DNA of 64,000 nucleotides from an uncultured Alphaproteobacteria bacterium. GTDB taxonomy: Bacteria; Pseudomonadota; Alphaproteobacteria; Rhodobacterales; Rhodobacteraceae. Of the stretch, positions 54,189-64,000 are shown in pieces. Under the pieces are notes generated by a model. It was given only the letters and a program-made list of their open reading frames with translations. It had not been told where the DNA came from and made no database searches. Within the stretch, counting starts at the first letter, position 1, and each line of letters opens with the position of its first letter. A program made the position numbers and the translations under genes. The stretch is from contig CACAAX010000005.1 of assembly GCA_902530595.1 (NCBI GenBank), positions 6,755 through 70,754 on the forward strand, written 5' to 3'.

Positions 54189-56135
54189 ATGGATAATCCT
54201 GAAATCATTTGGCAACCGAGTAGTGAAAGTAAAAAGTTAAGCAACCTATCTCGGTTTATTGAATTTGCAAATCAAAGATACTCACAATCAATAAAAACCG
54301 AATATCAAGATATTTGGGATTGGTCAGTTAATAATGTCGAAAAGTTTTGGTCTCTGATGTGGGATTTTTCTGAAATAAAAGGAAGCAAGGGCACGAAAAT
54401 TTCTGAAAATATTGGGCAGATGCCTGGTGCTAGGTTTTTTCCAGATGCAAAACTAAACTATGCAGAAAACCTACTCCGAGCTGCAGATAATTCAGTTGCT
54501 ATAGAGGAATTTAGAGAAGATGGGTTCTACAATGCGTTAACCAGAAAAGACCTTGAAAGTAAGGCTCTTAGAATGGCTGGTTGGATGAAAAGCAAGGGGG
54601 TCAAAAAAGGGGATCGTGTCTGCGCTTACATGCCCAACTGTTCTGAAACAGTTATATCGATGCTTGCTACTTCTGCCTTAGGAGCTATTTTTTCTTCCTG
54701 TTCGAGCGACTTCGGTATTGAGGGGGTCATAGATCGCTTTGAACAAATAGAACCCAAAGTTATGATTGCCGCGGACGGCTACCTTTATAATGGAAAGGTT
54801 ATTGATAGATCAGAGGAAATTAAAAAAATATCTAAACGCCTTCCCTCTTTAGAACATATCGTTGTTGTGGAATATATAAATTCTTCCAAAGACATTGATA
54901 AGGTTCTAAATTTTAAAACTGTTTTTCAGTCAGACAGATTAGAGAACTTTGTTTTGTGTAAATTTAATGATCCTTTATATATTGTTTTTTCATCGGGTAC
55001 CACTGGCAAGCCTAAATGCATAACACACAGCATAGGCGGTGTTCTAATCCAACACGCAAAAGAACACCTGCTTCATATAAATTTAGGCGAAAAGCAGAAA
55101 ATGTTTTATTTTACTACATGTGGTTGGATGATGTGGAACTGGTTGGTTGGCTCCCTATTTTGTAAAAGCTCTATTGTCCTCTATGAAGGAAGTCCATTTT
55201 ATCCAAATCCCGAAAACCTATGGAAAATAGCTGAAAAATCAAAGGTGAGCATTTTCGGCACATCAGCAAAGTATATCGATGCACTTTCAAAATCTAATGT
55301 AATTCCCAAGAAACACTTCAGGTTGAGCAATCTACGAACTATTTGTTCAACTGGCTCTCCACTTAGCCCCGATAGTTATGATTACATTTTGAACAATATA
55401 AAACCAGATGTGCAGATTTCATCGATTTCCGGTGGAACAGATCTTCTCAGCTGTTTTGTTTTAAGTAACCCTTTGAGTCCTGTAGTTAAAGGACAAATTC
55501 AATGCAGAGCATTAGCAATGGACGTGGATATATTTAACGAGGACGGAGAAAGTTTGGTTAACATGGAAGGTGAGCTTGTATGCAAAATTCCATTCCCATC
55601 AATGCCCATAAAGTTTTGGAATGATCAAAATGATACAAAATACAAAGAAGCATATTTTGAAAAGTTTAAAGGGATATGGCGTCACGGAGATTGGGCCAAA
55701 ATAACTGAGCGCGGTACGGTTGTAATTTTCGGTAGATCAGATGCAACCCTAAATCCTGGCGGAGTAAGGATTGGCACTTCTGAAATATATAATACGGTTG
55801 AGAAACTTAATGAAATTGCTGAGTCCATCGTAATAGCACAAAATTGGAACAATGATGTTAGAATAGTTTTATTTCTAAAGTTACAAAATGACCATGAGCT
55901 AACTGAACATCTTAAGGAAAAAGTAGTTAATCAGATAAGAACAAATCTCACCCCAAGACATGTACCAGCTAAAGTAGTTGCTGTTCCAGATATTCCTCGA
56001 ACACGTTCCGGGAAAATAACTGAGCTAGCAGTCAGAGACATTGTTCATGGAAAAGAAATTAAAAATAAAGAGGCTTTGGCTAACCCAGAGGCTCTAATCC
56101 ATTTTGCTAATATACCTGACTTAAGTACAGATTAA
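54189..56135 (+). CDS. acetoacetyl-CoA synthetase (acetoacetate-CoA ligase)
   Basis: 648-aa AMP-forming ligase. AMP-binding motif FSSGTTGKPKCITH. The N-terminal region and overall length are typical of acetoacetyl-CoA synthetases. C-terminal SGKITE. Confidence 0.72.
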   Translation: MDNPEIIWQPSSESKKLSNLSRFIEFANQRYSQSIKTEYQDIWDWSVNNVEKFWSLMWDFSEIKGSKGTKISENIGQMPGARFFPDAKLNYAENLLRAADNSVAIEEFREDGFYNALTRKDLESKALRMAGWMKSKGVKKGDRVCAYMPNCSETVISMLATSALGAIFSSCSSDFGIEGVIDRFEQIEPKVMIAADGYLYNGKVIDRSEEIKKISKRLPSLEHIVVVEYINSSKDIDKVLNFKTVFQSDRLENFVLCKFNDPLYIVFSSGTTGKPKCITHSIGGVLIQHAKEHLLHINLGEKQKMFYFTTCGWMMWNWLVGSLFCKSSIVLYEGSPFYPNPENLWKIAEKSKVSIFGTSAKYIDALSKSNVIPKKHFRLSNLRTICSTGSPLSPDSYDYILNNIKPDVQISSISGGTDLLSCFVLSNPLSPVVKGQIQCRALAMDVDIFNEDGESLVNMEGELVCKIPFPSMPIKFWNDQNDTKYKEAYFEKFKGIWRHGDWAKITERGTVVIFGRSDATLNPGGVRIGTSEIYNTVEKLNEIAESIVIAQNWNNDVRIVLFLKLQNDHELTEHLKEKVVNQIRTNLTPRHVPAKVVAVPDIPRTRSGKITELAVRDIVHGKEIKNKEALANPEALIHFANIPDLSTD

Positions 56136-56139
56136 TAAC

Positions 56140-57588
56140 TTATTGCTTCCAAAAGATTGGCAAAAAAAATGCCATTGCCACTAGAAGTTCTAGCCTTCCT
56201 AAAATCATTGCCAATATTAAAATATATTTTTCAACGTCATCAAGGCTTTTGAAGCTTCCCGATGGGCCAATTATTTCACCTATTCCAGGGCCAACATTCG
56301 CTAATGCGGTAGTTGCTCCAGATATAGCGGTAATAAAATCTAGCCCACAAAAAGCTAGACTTAACGTTACTAAAATGAGGCAGGCAAAAAAACAACAGAT
56401 CATTGTTACCGTTGAGCGATAAATGTCTTGATCAACAAGTTTGTTTCCATATCTCAATAGGAATACTCCCTTCGAATAAATAAGTTGCCTTAAGGATGTC
56501 TTAATTACTTGCCCCAATACAATAAATCTATAGACCTTAATTCCACCAGCAGTAGAACCCGCACACCCTCCAATAAAGATTAAAAAGAAAAATAACACAG
56601 GGCCTAAGGAACCATAATTCATAAAATCTCCACTAGAATATCCCGTAGTTGTTATTATAGAAACTACATTGAAAATATATTCAGTGTTAACATATATTGA
56701 TCTTGCTTCACCACCATTTTGGTAAAGTAACAATAATGTACAAGAAGAAAAAATAATTAATATGAAGGTCAGCACTTGAGGGTCTAACTTGGGAATATTT
56801 CGCGTAAAAAAAATTGCAACAAATACACTAAAAGGTAGGCCCCCAACTATCATAAACAGTATAGCAACCCACAGTACAGACGAACTATCATAATAGCCGA
56901 GAGACTCATCATGCGTTGAAAAACCACCAGTGGCCACGGTAGTCATACCATGTGTTAGAGCATCGAATGGTGTCAATCCTACAAAAAGGTAAGCAACGAC
57001 ACACGCTAAAGATAAAACAACGTAAATAATAATAATTGATCTTGAGATTTCCACTAATCTTGGCAAGGGCTTGTCGGATCTATCGGAGCTCTCCATTTTA
57101 AATAACTGCATTCCCCCAATTCTCAAAAAAGGAAGCAATATCAGCCCTAGTGAAAGTATACCAAGGCCTCCAACCCATTGCATCAAGGCTCTCCATAAAA
57201 GAATTGGGCGATCATAGCTTAATATGTCTGTCATTATGGTTGACCCTGTGGTCGTAAGTCCGGAAGTTGCTTCAAACAGAGCATCTACGAAACTTAAGTT
57301 TGCAGAAGAATTGGCTAATGGGATTGCGCATAAAATTGGCAACAAAAACCACAACATGTTAACCACCAATATCCCAAATCTCGGGGTAATCTTTGGTTGA
57401 TCACCAAAACACGCGATTACCACTAAAACACAAACAATCGCAGCCATCAAACCTGACCAAAGAAAAGACTTGCCTCCCTCCCAACCAGTAAGAACAGACG
57501 TTATCCATGGAATTAACATTAAAAAGGAAAAAAATAATCCTACGTATGCGACAATAAGTCCAGCTGACCTAACTTCTTTTAATAGCAT
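56140..57588 (-). CDS. trkH: TrkH-family potassium uptake protein
   Basis: 482-aa polytopic protein with repeated selectivity-filter-like segments (TTGSTI, TGGFST, TTTGYS, AGGIKV). Confidence 0.85.
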   Translation of the reverse strand: MLLKEVRSAGLIVAYVGLFFSFLMLIPWITSVLTGWEGGKSFLWSGLMAAIVCVLVVIACFGDQPKITPRFGILVVNMLWFLLPILCAIPLANSSANLSFVDALFEATSGLTTTGSTIMTDILSYDRPILLWRALMQWVGGLGILSLGLILLPFLRIGGMQLFKMESSDRSDKPLPRLVEISRSIIIIYVVLSLACVVAYLFVGLTPFDALTHGMTTVATGGFSTHDESLGYYDSSSVLWVAILFMIVGGLPFSVFVAIFFTRNIPKLDPQVLTFILIIFSSCTLLLLYQNGGEARSIYVNTEYIFNVVSIITTTGYSSGDFMNYGSLGPVLFFFLIFIGGCAGSTAGGIKVYRFIVLGQVIKTSLRQLIYSKGVFLLRYGNKLVDQDIYRSTVTMICCFFACLILVTLSLAFCGLDFITAISGATTALANVGPGIGEIIGPSGSFKSLDDVEKYILILAMILGRLELLVAMAFFLPIFWKQ

Positions 57589-57695
57589 CGATAAAACCTA
57601 TTTGAATTTTGTTCAAATTTCAATAATTGATGTAGTAGCCAAATCTTTCCGGAAATACTAATTTCTCCTTTCTGCGTCGCGTTCAGTTTTTTACT

Positions 57696-58790
57696 CTAAG
57701 CAAATGTGTCTTTTAGATTAACGACTAATAATATTCCCATAAGAACAACTAAAGGCGGAAGATAGATAAGTAAAAAGGTATCTGGATTGAGGACAAGAAG
57801 TGATTTAAGCGAAATAATGGCAACCTGCATCACTAAAGCCACCAGCGATAGGAAAATTACAATCGCAGTAGTTCTATATCCTTCACTGTTAAACACTATA
57901 AGAGCTAACCCTCCCAGCATACATAAAGCTATTGGAGACAATATCGATGCTAACTTCATATGGCTCTCTGCTAAATATTCAGAGGGGGAATAATCAGTTA
58001 ATTCAGCAAGTTCTTTAGATCTCACAATTCCAGTAATTGGTGAAACGTCTGATGGTGAAGCCAAATAATACTGTTTTTCCGGTATAAAAGAATTTAAGTT
58101 AATTCCAAATCTCTCAAATCTTACAGACACTACACTCTTTTCATCTTTAGACAAAATTTGCAGCTCGCCATCCTGCATGATTAAATCTCTAATACCACCG
58201 TTATCTCTAATAGCAGCCTCTTTTGCAGAATATAATAATGAATAGTTATCATTACGATCATCAAACACAAAAACTCCTGTCATTTGATTTTCTTCCAATT
58301 TATCTCTCACATAAATAGTTACACCAGATATTGGATGTAAAAACTTCCTACTATCAATGAATTTTGTGGCGAAATTTTGCTCTATATCAAAAAAAATAGA
58401 CTGAAGTTTAAAGGCGCTTTTTGGTAAAACAAAAAATGTAATTAAAAATAGTATTAAACTGACAGTTAACCCAAATATAAAAATAATTTTTGCGTAAGAA
58501 AGAATTGAAAAACCTGAGCTTGTTATAGCTACAATTTCAGTTTCTGACACAAGTTTATTTATGGCATAGATGGTTGAAAAAAAAGCTGCAATTGGTATTA
58601 CAAAATAGGCTATCTGGGGAATAGTATTCATTGCCACAGAAATGAATATGTTTAGGGGTTGTTTATTTAAGACCAATCCTTCAAGTTTTGGCAGAATTTG
58701 GACCAACCACAATATACTGATAAACGTAAACGAGAATATCAAAAATGGTTTAAATAACTCAACATATAAATATTTGCTTATCACCCTCAT
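57696..58790 (-). CDS. LptF/LptG-family (YjgP/YjgQ) LPS export permease
   Basis: 364 aa. N-terminus ISKYLYVELFKPFLIFSFTFISILW. Three transmembrane helices, then a periplasmic domain, then three more, the layout typical of this family. Confidence 0.72.
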   Translation of the reverse strand: MRVISKYLYVELFKPFLIFSFTFISILWLVQILPKLEGLVLNKQPLNIFISVAMNTIPQIAYFVIPIAAFFSTIYAINKLVSETEIVAITSSGFSILSYAKIIFIFGLTVSLILFLITFFVLPKSAFKLQSIFFDIEQNFATKFIDSRKFLHPISGVTIYVRDKLEENQMTGVFVFDDRNDNYSLLYSAKEAAIRDNGGIRDLIMQDGELQILSKDEKSVVSVRFERFGINLNSFIPEKQYYLASPSDVSPITGIVRSKELAELTDYSPSEYLAESHMKLASILSPIALCMLGGLALIVFNSEGYRTTAIVIFLSLVALVMQVAIISLKSLLVLNPDTFLLIYLPPLVVLMGILLVVNLKDTFA

Positions 58791-58900
58791 TTAGAAATTA
58801 TTCTTTGTACATTATACTAGGCATAATTTTTGCTACCTTTCATATGTTAATAGAACGTATTTCCTCGTACGTCAAAAGGTTAGCTCCTAAATAAGCTCGT

Positions 58901-58931
58901 GCAGACCACGGTTAGTCTGCGTTTTTCTTTC
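58901..58931 (+). terminator. orphan terminator-like hairpin in the 5' region of the acyl-CoA ligase gene
   Basis: GCAGAC-CACGGTTA-GTCTGC followed by GTTTTTCTTTC on the + strand. No + strand CDS lies upstream. It sits 66 nt before the ATG at 58997. Confidence 0.3.
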
Positions 58932-58996
58932 ATTATAAAATCAATTTATATATCATAACTTAAGCATTTTTTATGAAACATAAATAGGTTAAATAT

Positions 58997-60661
58997 ATGG
59001 ATACCAGTGAAAAAATCACCCTACGGGTTAGCGAGTTGATTGCTAAATATTCAACTTCCTCAAAGAGTGTTCATTATCTGCTCTGCGATCAATATCCTGC
59101 GACTAAACTTGCGTATAAAATAATAAACGAAAATATGGAAGAATATGATCTTTCATATGGAGAGCTAAAAACTCAGTCTATTTTATTAGCAAATGGATTG
59201 AAACAAAGAGGCGTCAAAAAAGGTGATAGAATTGCCACGCTCATGGGGAAAAGCAAAGAGTACATTATCACGTTATTAGCGATCTGGAGAATAGGTGCCG
59301 TTCACGTACCCTTATTCACGGCTTTCTCTACTCCAGCCATAACACTTAGAGTAAATGGAAGTAATACTAAAATAGTCTTCTGTGACCAAAAACAGCAGTC
59401 AAAACTTAAACCATCAGATGATTTTGCACCAAATGGTAAAGTCGAAGTTATTACAACTGCTAGGTTTGATCAAACACCCAATTGGGCTTTTAGATGGGAG
59501 GATTTATTAGCGACTGATAAGTCCCTTAAGGAAGAGGTAAGTTTAGATCCAGAAGCACCCATTATTCATATTTTTACATCTGGAACAACAGGTAAGCCAA
59601 AAGGTGTTAGTCTTCCTGTCAAAGCTCTTTCGTGTATAGAAGCATATGCAGAATTTGCTTATGATTTAAGACAGACCGATATCTTTTGGAATGCAGCTGA
59701 TCCAGGTTGGGCTTATGGACTTTACTGTGGTATTCTTGCGACTTTAACCACGGGAACCCCAGCTATTTTGTTTGAAGGTGGTTTCAGTGCACAAGCAACT
59801 ATTGACATAATAGAAAAGCAAAAAATTACAAATTTTGCCGCTGCACCTACAGTCTATCGCTCACTTCGGGCTGATGGAATAGAAATCTCAAATAGTCATA
59901 AACTCCGATGTTTATCAAGTGCAGGAGAGCCTTTAACCCCAGAAATCAATGAATGGGCAAAGTCTTTCTTTGGCCTCTTTGTACATGACCATTATGGTCA
60001 GACAGAAACTAGTATGGTTATAAATAACCATCACCACCCAGAACTCAAAACAGAATTGCGGGATGGTTCAATGGGTAAAGTAATGCCAGGTTGGTCAGCT
60101 ACTGTCCTGAAAAATAATGAAGATATACCGGAAAAACCGGGTATCCCAGGGCGTGTTGCCTTTATTATTGATAAAAGTCCCTTTTCCTGGTTTACAGGTT
60201 ATATTGGTAATCCTAAAAAAAGTGCTGAGAAGTTTTCAACAAATAAAAAGTATTATTTAACCGGAGATACTGGGTCAGTAGATAAAGATGGATATTTCTA
60301 CTTTTCCACAAGGGATGACGATATAATTATTATGGCAGGCTATAGAATTGGGCCTTTCGAAGTTGAGTCTGCTCTGAGCACCCATAATGCAGTTGCAGAA
60401 TGTGCTGTAATTGCCACCCCAGATAAGGTAAGGGGTGAAGTAATTGAGGCTTTTGTAGTTTTAATGCCTGGAACAGAGAAAAGCGATCAACTTACTGAGG
60501 ACCTTCAACGGTGGGTAAAAACAAATTTTGCTGCTCATGCATATCCAAGAAATATAACTTACGTTGGCGAATTACCGAAAACGCCGAGTGGGAAAATTCA
60601 GCGCTTTGTTCTTAGAGAGCAACGAAAAAATGAAATTTTGAGGGAACAGAATAATGGATAA
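58997..60661 (+). CDS. AMP-dependent acyl-CoA synthetase/ligase
   Basis: AMP-binding motifs IFTSGTTGKPKGV, YGQTE, TGD and PKTPSGKIQR. 554 aa. Substrate not assignable. Confidence 0.8.
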   Translation: MDTSEKITLRVSELIAKYSTSSKSVHYLLCDQYPATKLAYKIINENMEEYDLSYGELKTQSILLANGLKQRGVKKGDRIATLMGKSKEYIITLLAIWRIGAVHVPLFTAFSTPAITLRVNGSNTKIVFCDQKQQSKLKPSDDFAPNGKVEVITTARFDQTPNWAFRWEDLLATDKSLKEEVSLDPEAPIIHIFTSGTTGKPKGVSLPVKALSCIEAYAEFAYDLRQTDIFWNAADPGWAYGLYCGILATLTTGTPAILFEGGFSAQATIDIIEKQKITNFAAAPTVYRSLRADGIEISNSHKLRCLSSAGEPLTPEINEWAKSFFGLFVHDHYGQTETSMVINNHHHPELKTELRDGSMGKVMPGWSATVLKNNEDIPEKPGIPGRVAFIIDKSPFSWFTGYIGNPKKSAEKFSTNKKYYLTGDTGSVDKDGYFYFSTRDDDIIIMAGYRIGPFEVESALSTHNAVAECAVIATPDKVRGEVIEAFVVLMPGTEKSDQLTEDLQRWVKTNFAAHAYPRNITYVGELPKTPSGKIQRFVLREQRKNEILREQNNG

Positions 60662-61346
60662 TATTATTGACCAAAAGGGCTTAGATCATTTAATCAGGAA
60701 AATTGTTATTGAGAGATCCTCGAAAAGAAATTTTCTACCTGATCCAGTAAGTATCGAACTTGTTAAAGATATAATTCAAGATGCTTCACGGGCACCTTCT
60801 GGGACCAATACTCAACCGTGGAAAGTGACATGTGTCACAGGAGAAACAAAGAAAAAATTAACAAATGCCGTTTTAGAAGCCGCTGAGACAGGTAACGCCA
60901 CTTTAGAATATGAATATATGCCATCTAAACTGAAAGAACCGTACATATCTAGAAAAAGAGCGGTTGGTTATGCACTGTATGAACTTTATGGAATAAAAAG
61001 AGATGACTACCCTTCAAGAAAAGCCGCAATGTTACGTAACTTCAAATTTTTTGGAGCTCCAGTTGGGCTTTTTTTTCGAATGGATCGAGAACTTTTATAT
61101 GGATCCTGGCTAGACGTTGGCATGTTTATGCAAAATGTAATGATACTCGCTAGAGGTAAGGGTCTAGAAACATGTCCGCAACAAGCGTGGTGTGAATTCG
61201 GACCTGTTGTTCACAACGTGCTGAATATTCCTGATGACGAAATAATAATATCAGGGATGTCTATGGGTTACGCCGCAAAAGCTCCTGAAAATACACTAGT
61301 GAGTGAGCGCGTGCCATTAGACGATTTTGCAACCTTTCTTAAATAA
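60654..61346 (+). CDS. nitroreductase family protein
   Basis: RSSKRNFLPDPVS and ASRAPSGTNTQPWKV are characteristic of FMN-dependent nitroreductases. Overlaps the upstream ligase by 8 nt. Confidence 0.8.
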   Translation: MDNIIDQKGLDHLIRKIVIERSSKRNFLPDPVSIELVKDIIQDASRAPSGTNTQPWKVTCVTGETKKKLTNAVLEAAETGNATLEYEYMPSKLKEPYISRKRAVGYALYELYGIKRDDYPSRKAAMLRNFKFFGAPVGLFFRMDRELLYGSWLDVGMFMQNVMILARGKGLETCPQQAWCEFGPVVHNVLNIPDDEIIISGMSMGYAAKAPENTLVSERVPLDDFATFLK

Positions 61347-61371
61347 TATTTATATTTATTTAAAACTTTTC

Positions 61372-62142
61372 TTAAGACTCATAATCAGATCCTAATCGTG
61401 ATAATCTTCGCTTCAGAGCTGCAAACTCCATCTCACCTAACTTCGATCCAAAACCTTTCATCGCCTGTTGATGTACCAAATCCTGCACTTCAGGCTTAGG
61501 TAAACTAACTTTACTTGCTGCCTGTGCGGATATCTGTATCTTACAAGCCTGCTCTAAATAATACATCATAATAAATGCTTCAGGTATCGTGCGACCACAC
61601 GTGAGTAATCCATGATTTTTTAAAATAAGTAATTGTTTTTTGTCTCCAAGATCTTTTACCAACCTTTTTTGTTCGTCTAAGTTTAAAGCTAATCCTTCGT
61701 ACTCATGATATCCTATCAAATCTTTATATAACAATCCGGTTTGGCTAAGAGGTAATAACCCTTCTTCTTGACAAGACACTCCAACACCAGCAGGCGTGTG
61801 TGTGTGAATTACACAATGCATATTTGGTCTTTCACGATGGATACAAGAATGTATAACAAAGCCCGCAGGATTTATTTTATCGTCTGTTTCTGAAATGATT
61901 TTTCCATCTAAGTCAACTTTCACAAGATTTGAAGCGGTAATTTCTTCATATAGTAATCCAAATGGATTAAGAAGAAAATGTTCGTCAGGACCTGGAACTC
62001 TAGCGGAAATATGGTTGTAAATTAAGTCATCCATACCAAAGTGTGCCATTAGTCTATAGCAAGCTGCGAGATCTACTCGAGTGCGCCATTCCTCTATTGT
62101 TACAGACCCATTTTTTACCAGCGTTGGTAAGTTCTCATTCAT
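61372..62142 (-). CDS. class II aldolase/adducin-domain protein
   Basis: 256 aa. Metal-ligand histidines in VIHTHTPAGV and the HEYEG region. N-terminus RVDLAACYRLMAHFGMDDLIYNHISARVPG is typical of this family. Confidence 0.75.
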   Translation of the reverse strand: MNENLPTLVKNGSVTIEEWRTRVDLAACYRLMAHFGMDDLIYNHISARVPGPDEHFLLNPFGLLYEEITASNLVKVDLDGKIISETDDKINPAGFVIHSCIHRERPNMHCVIHTHTPAGVGVSCQEEGLLPLSQTGLLYKDLIGYHEYEGLALNLDEQKRLVKDLGDKKQLLILKNHGLLTCGRTIPEAFIMMYYLEQACKIQISAQAASKVSLPKPEVQDLVHQQAMKGFGSKLGEMEFAALKRRLSRLGSDYES

Positions 62143-62393
62143 TTTATATCTCCTATTACAGATTGACGTTTTATTGTCGCATAGAACACTAAAAAGTATA
62201 CAAAATTTTCTTAAATTTTCACTTTGTTGTCCTGATACTATTTAAAATTTTTTTCTAAAAAATCCCTTGAAGACCCATTTTTTTAACACCTTTTATCTCC
62301 GAAACCTTGCATGATTATGATAAAGATTATATCATCTTCTTATTGAATCTATGCTTTGAAAAATTTTCAAAAATTGTATAAAGGGGGATAATT

Positions 62394-64000
62394 TTGGGGT
62401 TATATGAAGCTTATTTACAAGAAATAATAGAGCGTTCAAAACTCGGGCTTGGTCCGAAGCCTATCGATCAAGGAAATCTATTAGAAGAAATTATTGATAT
62501 AATTTTGGAACCTAAGTCTCCTAACAGAGATGATGCAATAAAACATTTTATTTACAATACATTACCGGGCACCACCGGTGCCGCATCAGTCAAAGCAAAG
62601 TTTTTAAAAAAACTAATTTTAAAGAACGAGCTTTTAGACGAAATTGATCAAAAATATGCCTTTGAGTTACTATCGCACATGAAAGGTGGTCCATCCGTAG
62701 AAGTACTCTTAGACCTAGCCTTTCATGAAGATGAGATGATTGCAGAACAAGCAGCAACTGTTTTAAAAACGCAGGTGTTTCTTTATGAAGCTGATACAAA
62801 CAGGCTTGCAAAGGAATTTTATGCTGGCAACAAAATAGCTAAAGATATTTTAGAAAGTTATTCAAAGGCAGAATTTTTTACTAAGCTAGATACAATTCCT
62901 GAAAAAATTAAAGTTATATCCTATGTTGCCGCTGAAGGTGATATTTCCACCGACCTGCTATCACCCGGCAATCAAGCTCACTCTCGCTCAGATAGAGAGC
63001 TTCATGGACAATGTTTTATATCAAAAGAGGCTCAGAATGACATCTCAAAACTTAAGATAGCTCATCCTGATAAAAGCATTATGCTCGTTGCTGAAAAGGG
63101 CACAATGGGCGTGGGTTCTTCTAGAATGTCAGGTGTCAATAATGTTGCTCTTTGGACAGGTAAGAAAGCAAGTCCCTACATTCCTTATGTAAACGTAGCC
63201 CCAATCGTTGCCGGAACAAATGGTATATCACCTATTTTTCTCACTACCGTTGGTGTTACAGGCGGTATTGGAATAGATCTAAAAAATTGGGTTAAAAAGA
63301 AAGATTCCGATGGAAACATAATTTTAAATAATGATGGTGAGCCCATTTTAGAGCAATTATATTCTGTTGAAACGGGGACGGTATTTACCATTAATACCAA
63401 AACGAAGAAACTTCTTAATGACGAGGAAGATAAGGAACTAGTAGACATAAGCTCATCATTCACAAGCCAAAAGGTAGAGTTTATGACAGCTGGAGGATCC
63501 TACTCTGTAGTTTTTGGGAAGAAACTTCAGAATTTTGCAAGCCGTCTTTTAAACAAAGATCCTGCTAATGTCTTTGCTTTACCAAGAGAAATGCATTCGG
63601 AAGGACAAGGGCTAACAGCAGTTGAAAAAATATTTAATAAAAATGCTGTTGGTCTCACTAACGACAAAATACTCCTAGCTGGCTCAGATGTACGAGTTAA
63701 AGTAAATATCGTTGGATCACAAGACACTACTGGTCTTATGACGTCACAAGAGTTAGAAGCAATGGCTGCCACTGTTATTTCTCCATCACTTGACGGCGCA
63801 TATCAGTCTGGATGTCACACCGCTTCTGTCTGGGACTTAAAGGCGCAAAATAATATTCCTAGATTAATGAAATTTATGCATGACTTTGGTCTAATAACAG
63901 CCCGAGACCCGAAGGGTATTTATCACTCTATGACAGATGTGATACATAAAGTGCTCAATGACCTTACAATCGATGACTGGGCTATAATTATTGGAGGCGA
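62394..64000 (+). CDS. acnB: aconitate hydratase B (bifunctional aconitase 2 / 2-methylisocitrate dehydratase), 3'-truncated by window edge
   Basis: Not in the ORF track because it has no stop in the window. Hand translation from the TTG at 62394 (AGGGGG Shine-Dalgarno 6 nt upstream) gives (M)GLYEAYLQEIIERSKLGLGPKPID..., ...GVGSSRMSGVNNVALWTG... and ...VGSQDTTGLMTSQELEAMA...CHTASVWD..., collinear with AcnB. The frame is open to base 64000. Confidence 0.85.
   Translation, partial: MGLYEAYLQEIIERSKLGLGPKPIDQGNLLEEIIDIILEPKSPNRDDAIKHFIYNTLPGTTGAASVKAKFLKKLILKNELLDEIDQKYAFELLSHMKGGPSVEVLLDLAFHEDEMIAEQAATVLKTQVFLYEADTNRLAKEFYAGNKIAKDILESYSKAEFFTKLDTIPEKIKVISYVAAEGDISTDLLSPGNQAHSRSDRELHGQCFISKEAQNDISKLKIAHPDKSIMLVAEKGTMGVGSSRMSGVNNVALWTGKKASPYIPYVNVAPIVAGTNGISPIFLTTVGVTGGIGIDLKNWVKKKDSDGNIILNNDGEPILEQLYSVETGTVFTINTKTKKLLNDEEDKELVDISSSFTSQKVEFMTAGGSYSVVFGKKLQNFASRLLNKDPANVFALPREMHSEGQGLTAVEKIFNKNAVGLTNDKILLAGSDVRVKVNIVGSQDTTGLMTSQELEAMAATVISPSLDGAYQSGCHTASVWDLKAQNNIPRLMKFMHDFGLITARDPKGIYHSMTDVIHKVLNDLTIDDWAIIIGG

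Noticed and set aside
57600-57655. Inverted repeat ATTTGAA-N5-TTCAAAT (57600-57618) and palindrome TTTCCGGAAA (57646-57655) in the lptF/G-trkH spacer as terminator or operator
   Set aside because: The stem is AT-only and the T-tract is weak, while the 10-bp palindrome has no loop. Both are compatible with chance in this base composition, and no known motif matches.

Overview
AT-rich window (hand counts on a few lines gave about 25-42% GC, so roughly mid-30s; not computed). It is very gene-dense. The centre is a complete, contiguous photosynthesis gene cluster (PGC) of about 43.5 kb, running from hemA (8443) to bchO (51919), for an anoxygenic purple-bacterial type-II reaction centre. Gene order is Rhodobacter/Roseobacter-like: (minus) bchFNBHLM-lhaA-puhABC-small ORF-acsF-puhE-hemA; (plus) ppaA-ppsR-bchG-pucC-like-bchP-idi; (minus) crtEF-bchCXYZ-pufQBALM-dxs; (plus) crtD-crtC; (minus) crtI-crtB-tspO; (plus) crtA-bchI-bchD-bchO. 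pufB (52 aa) is absent from the ORF track and was found by hand translation. The cluster has no pufC, pufX, pucBA, bchE or bchJ. That fits an aerobic anoxygenic phototroph with a minimal RC-LH1 core and the O2-dependent cyclase AcsF. Ten TGT-N12-ACA (PpsR/CrtJ-type) palindromes lie in the five PGC intergenic promoter regions, including a pair directly upstream of ppsR. GC-rich hairpins lie between pufA and pufL and between pufM and dxs. crtA, and possibly crtC, have conserved N-terminal coding sequence upstream of any canonical start codon. Left flank: two HAD hydrolases, a non-Pyl MttB-family methyltransferase, pntAB, tRNA-Gly(GCC) and a UvrD-type helicase. Right flank: enoyl-CoA hydratase, MFS transporter, acetoacetyl-CoA synthetase, trkH, an LptF/G-family permease, an acyl-CoA ligase, a nitroreductase, a class II aldolase and a 3'-truncated acnB with a TTG start. 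No transposase, integrase, CRISPR array or rRNA was seen. All functional calls come from my reading of the translated ORFs, motifs and synteny; no database search was possible.
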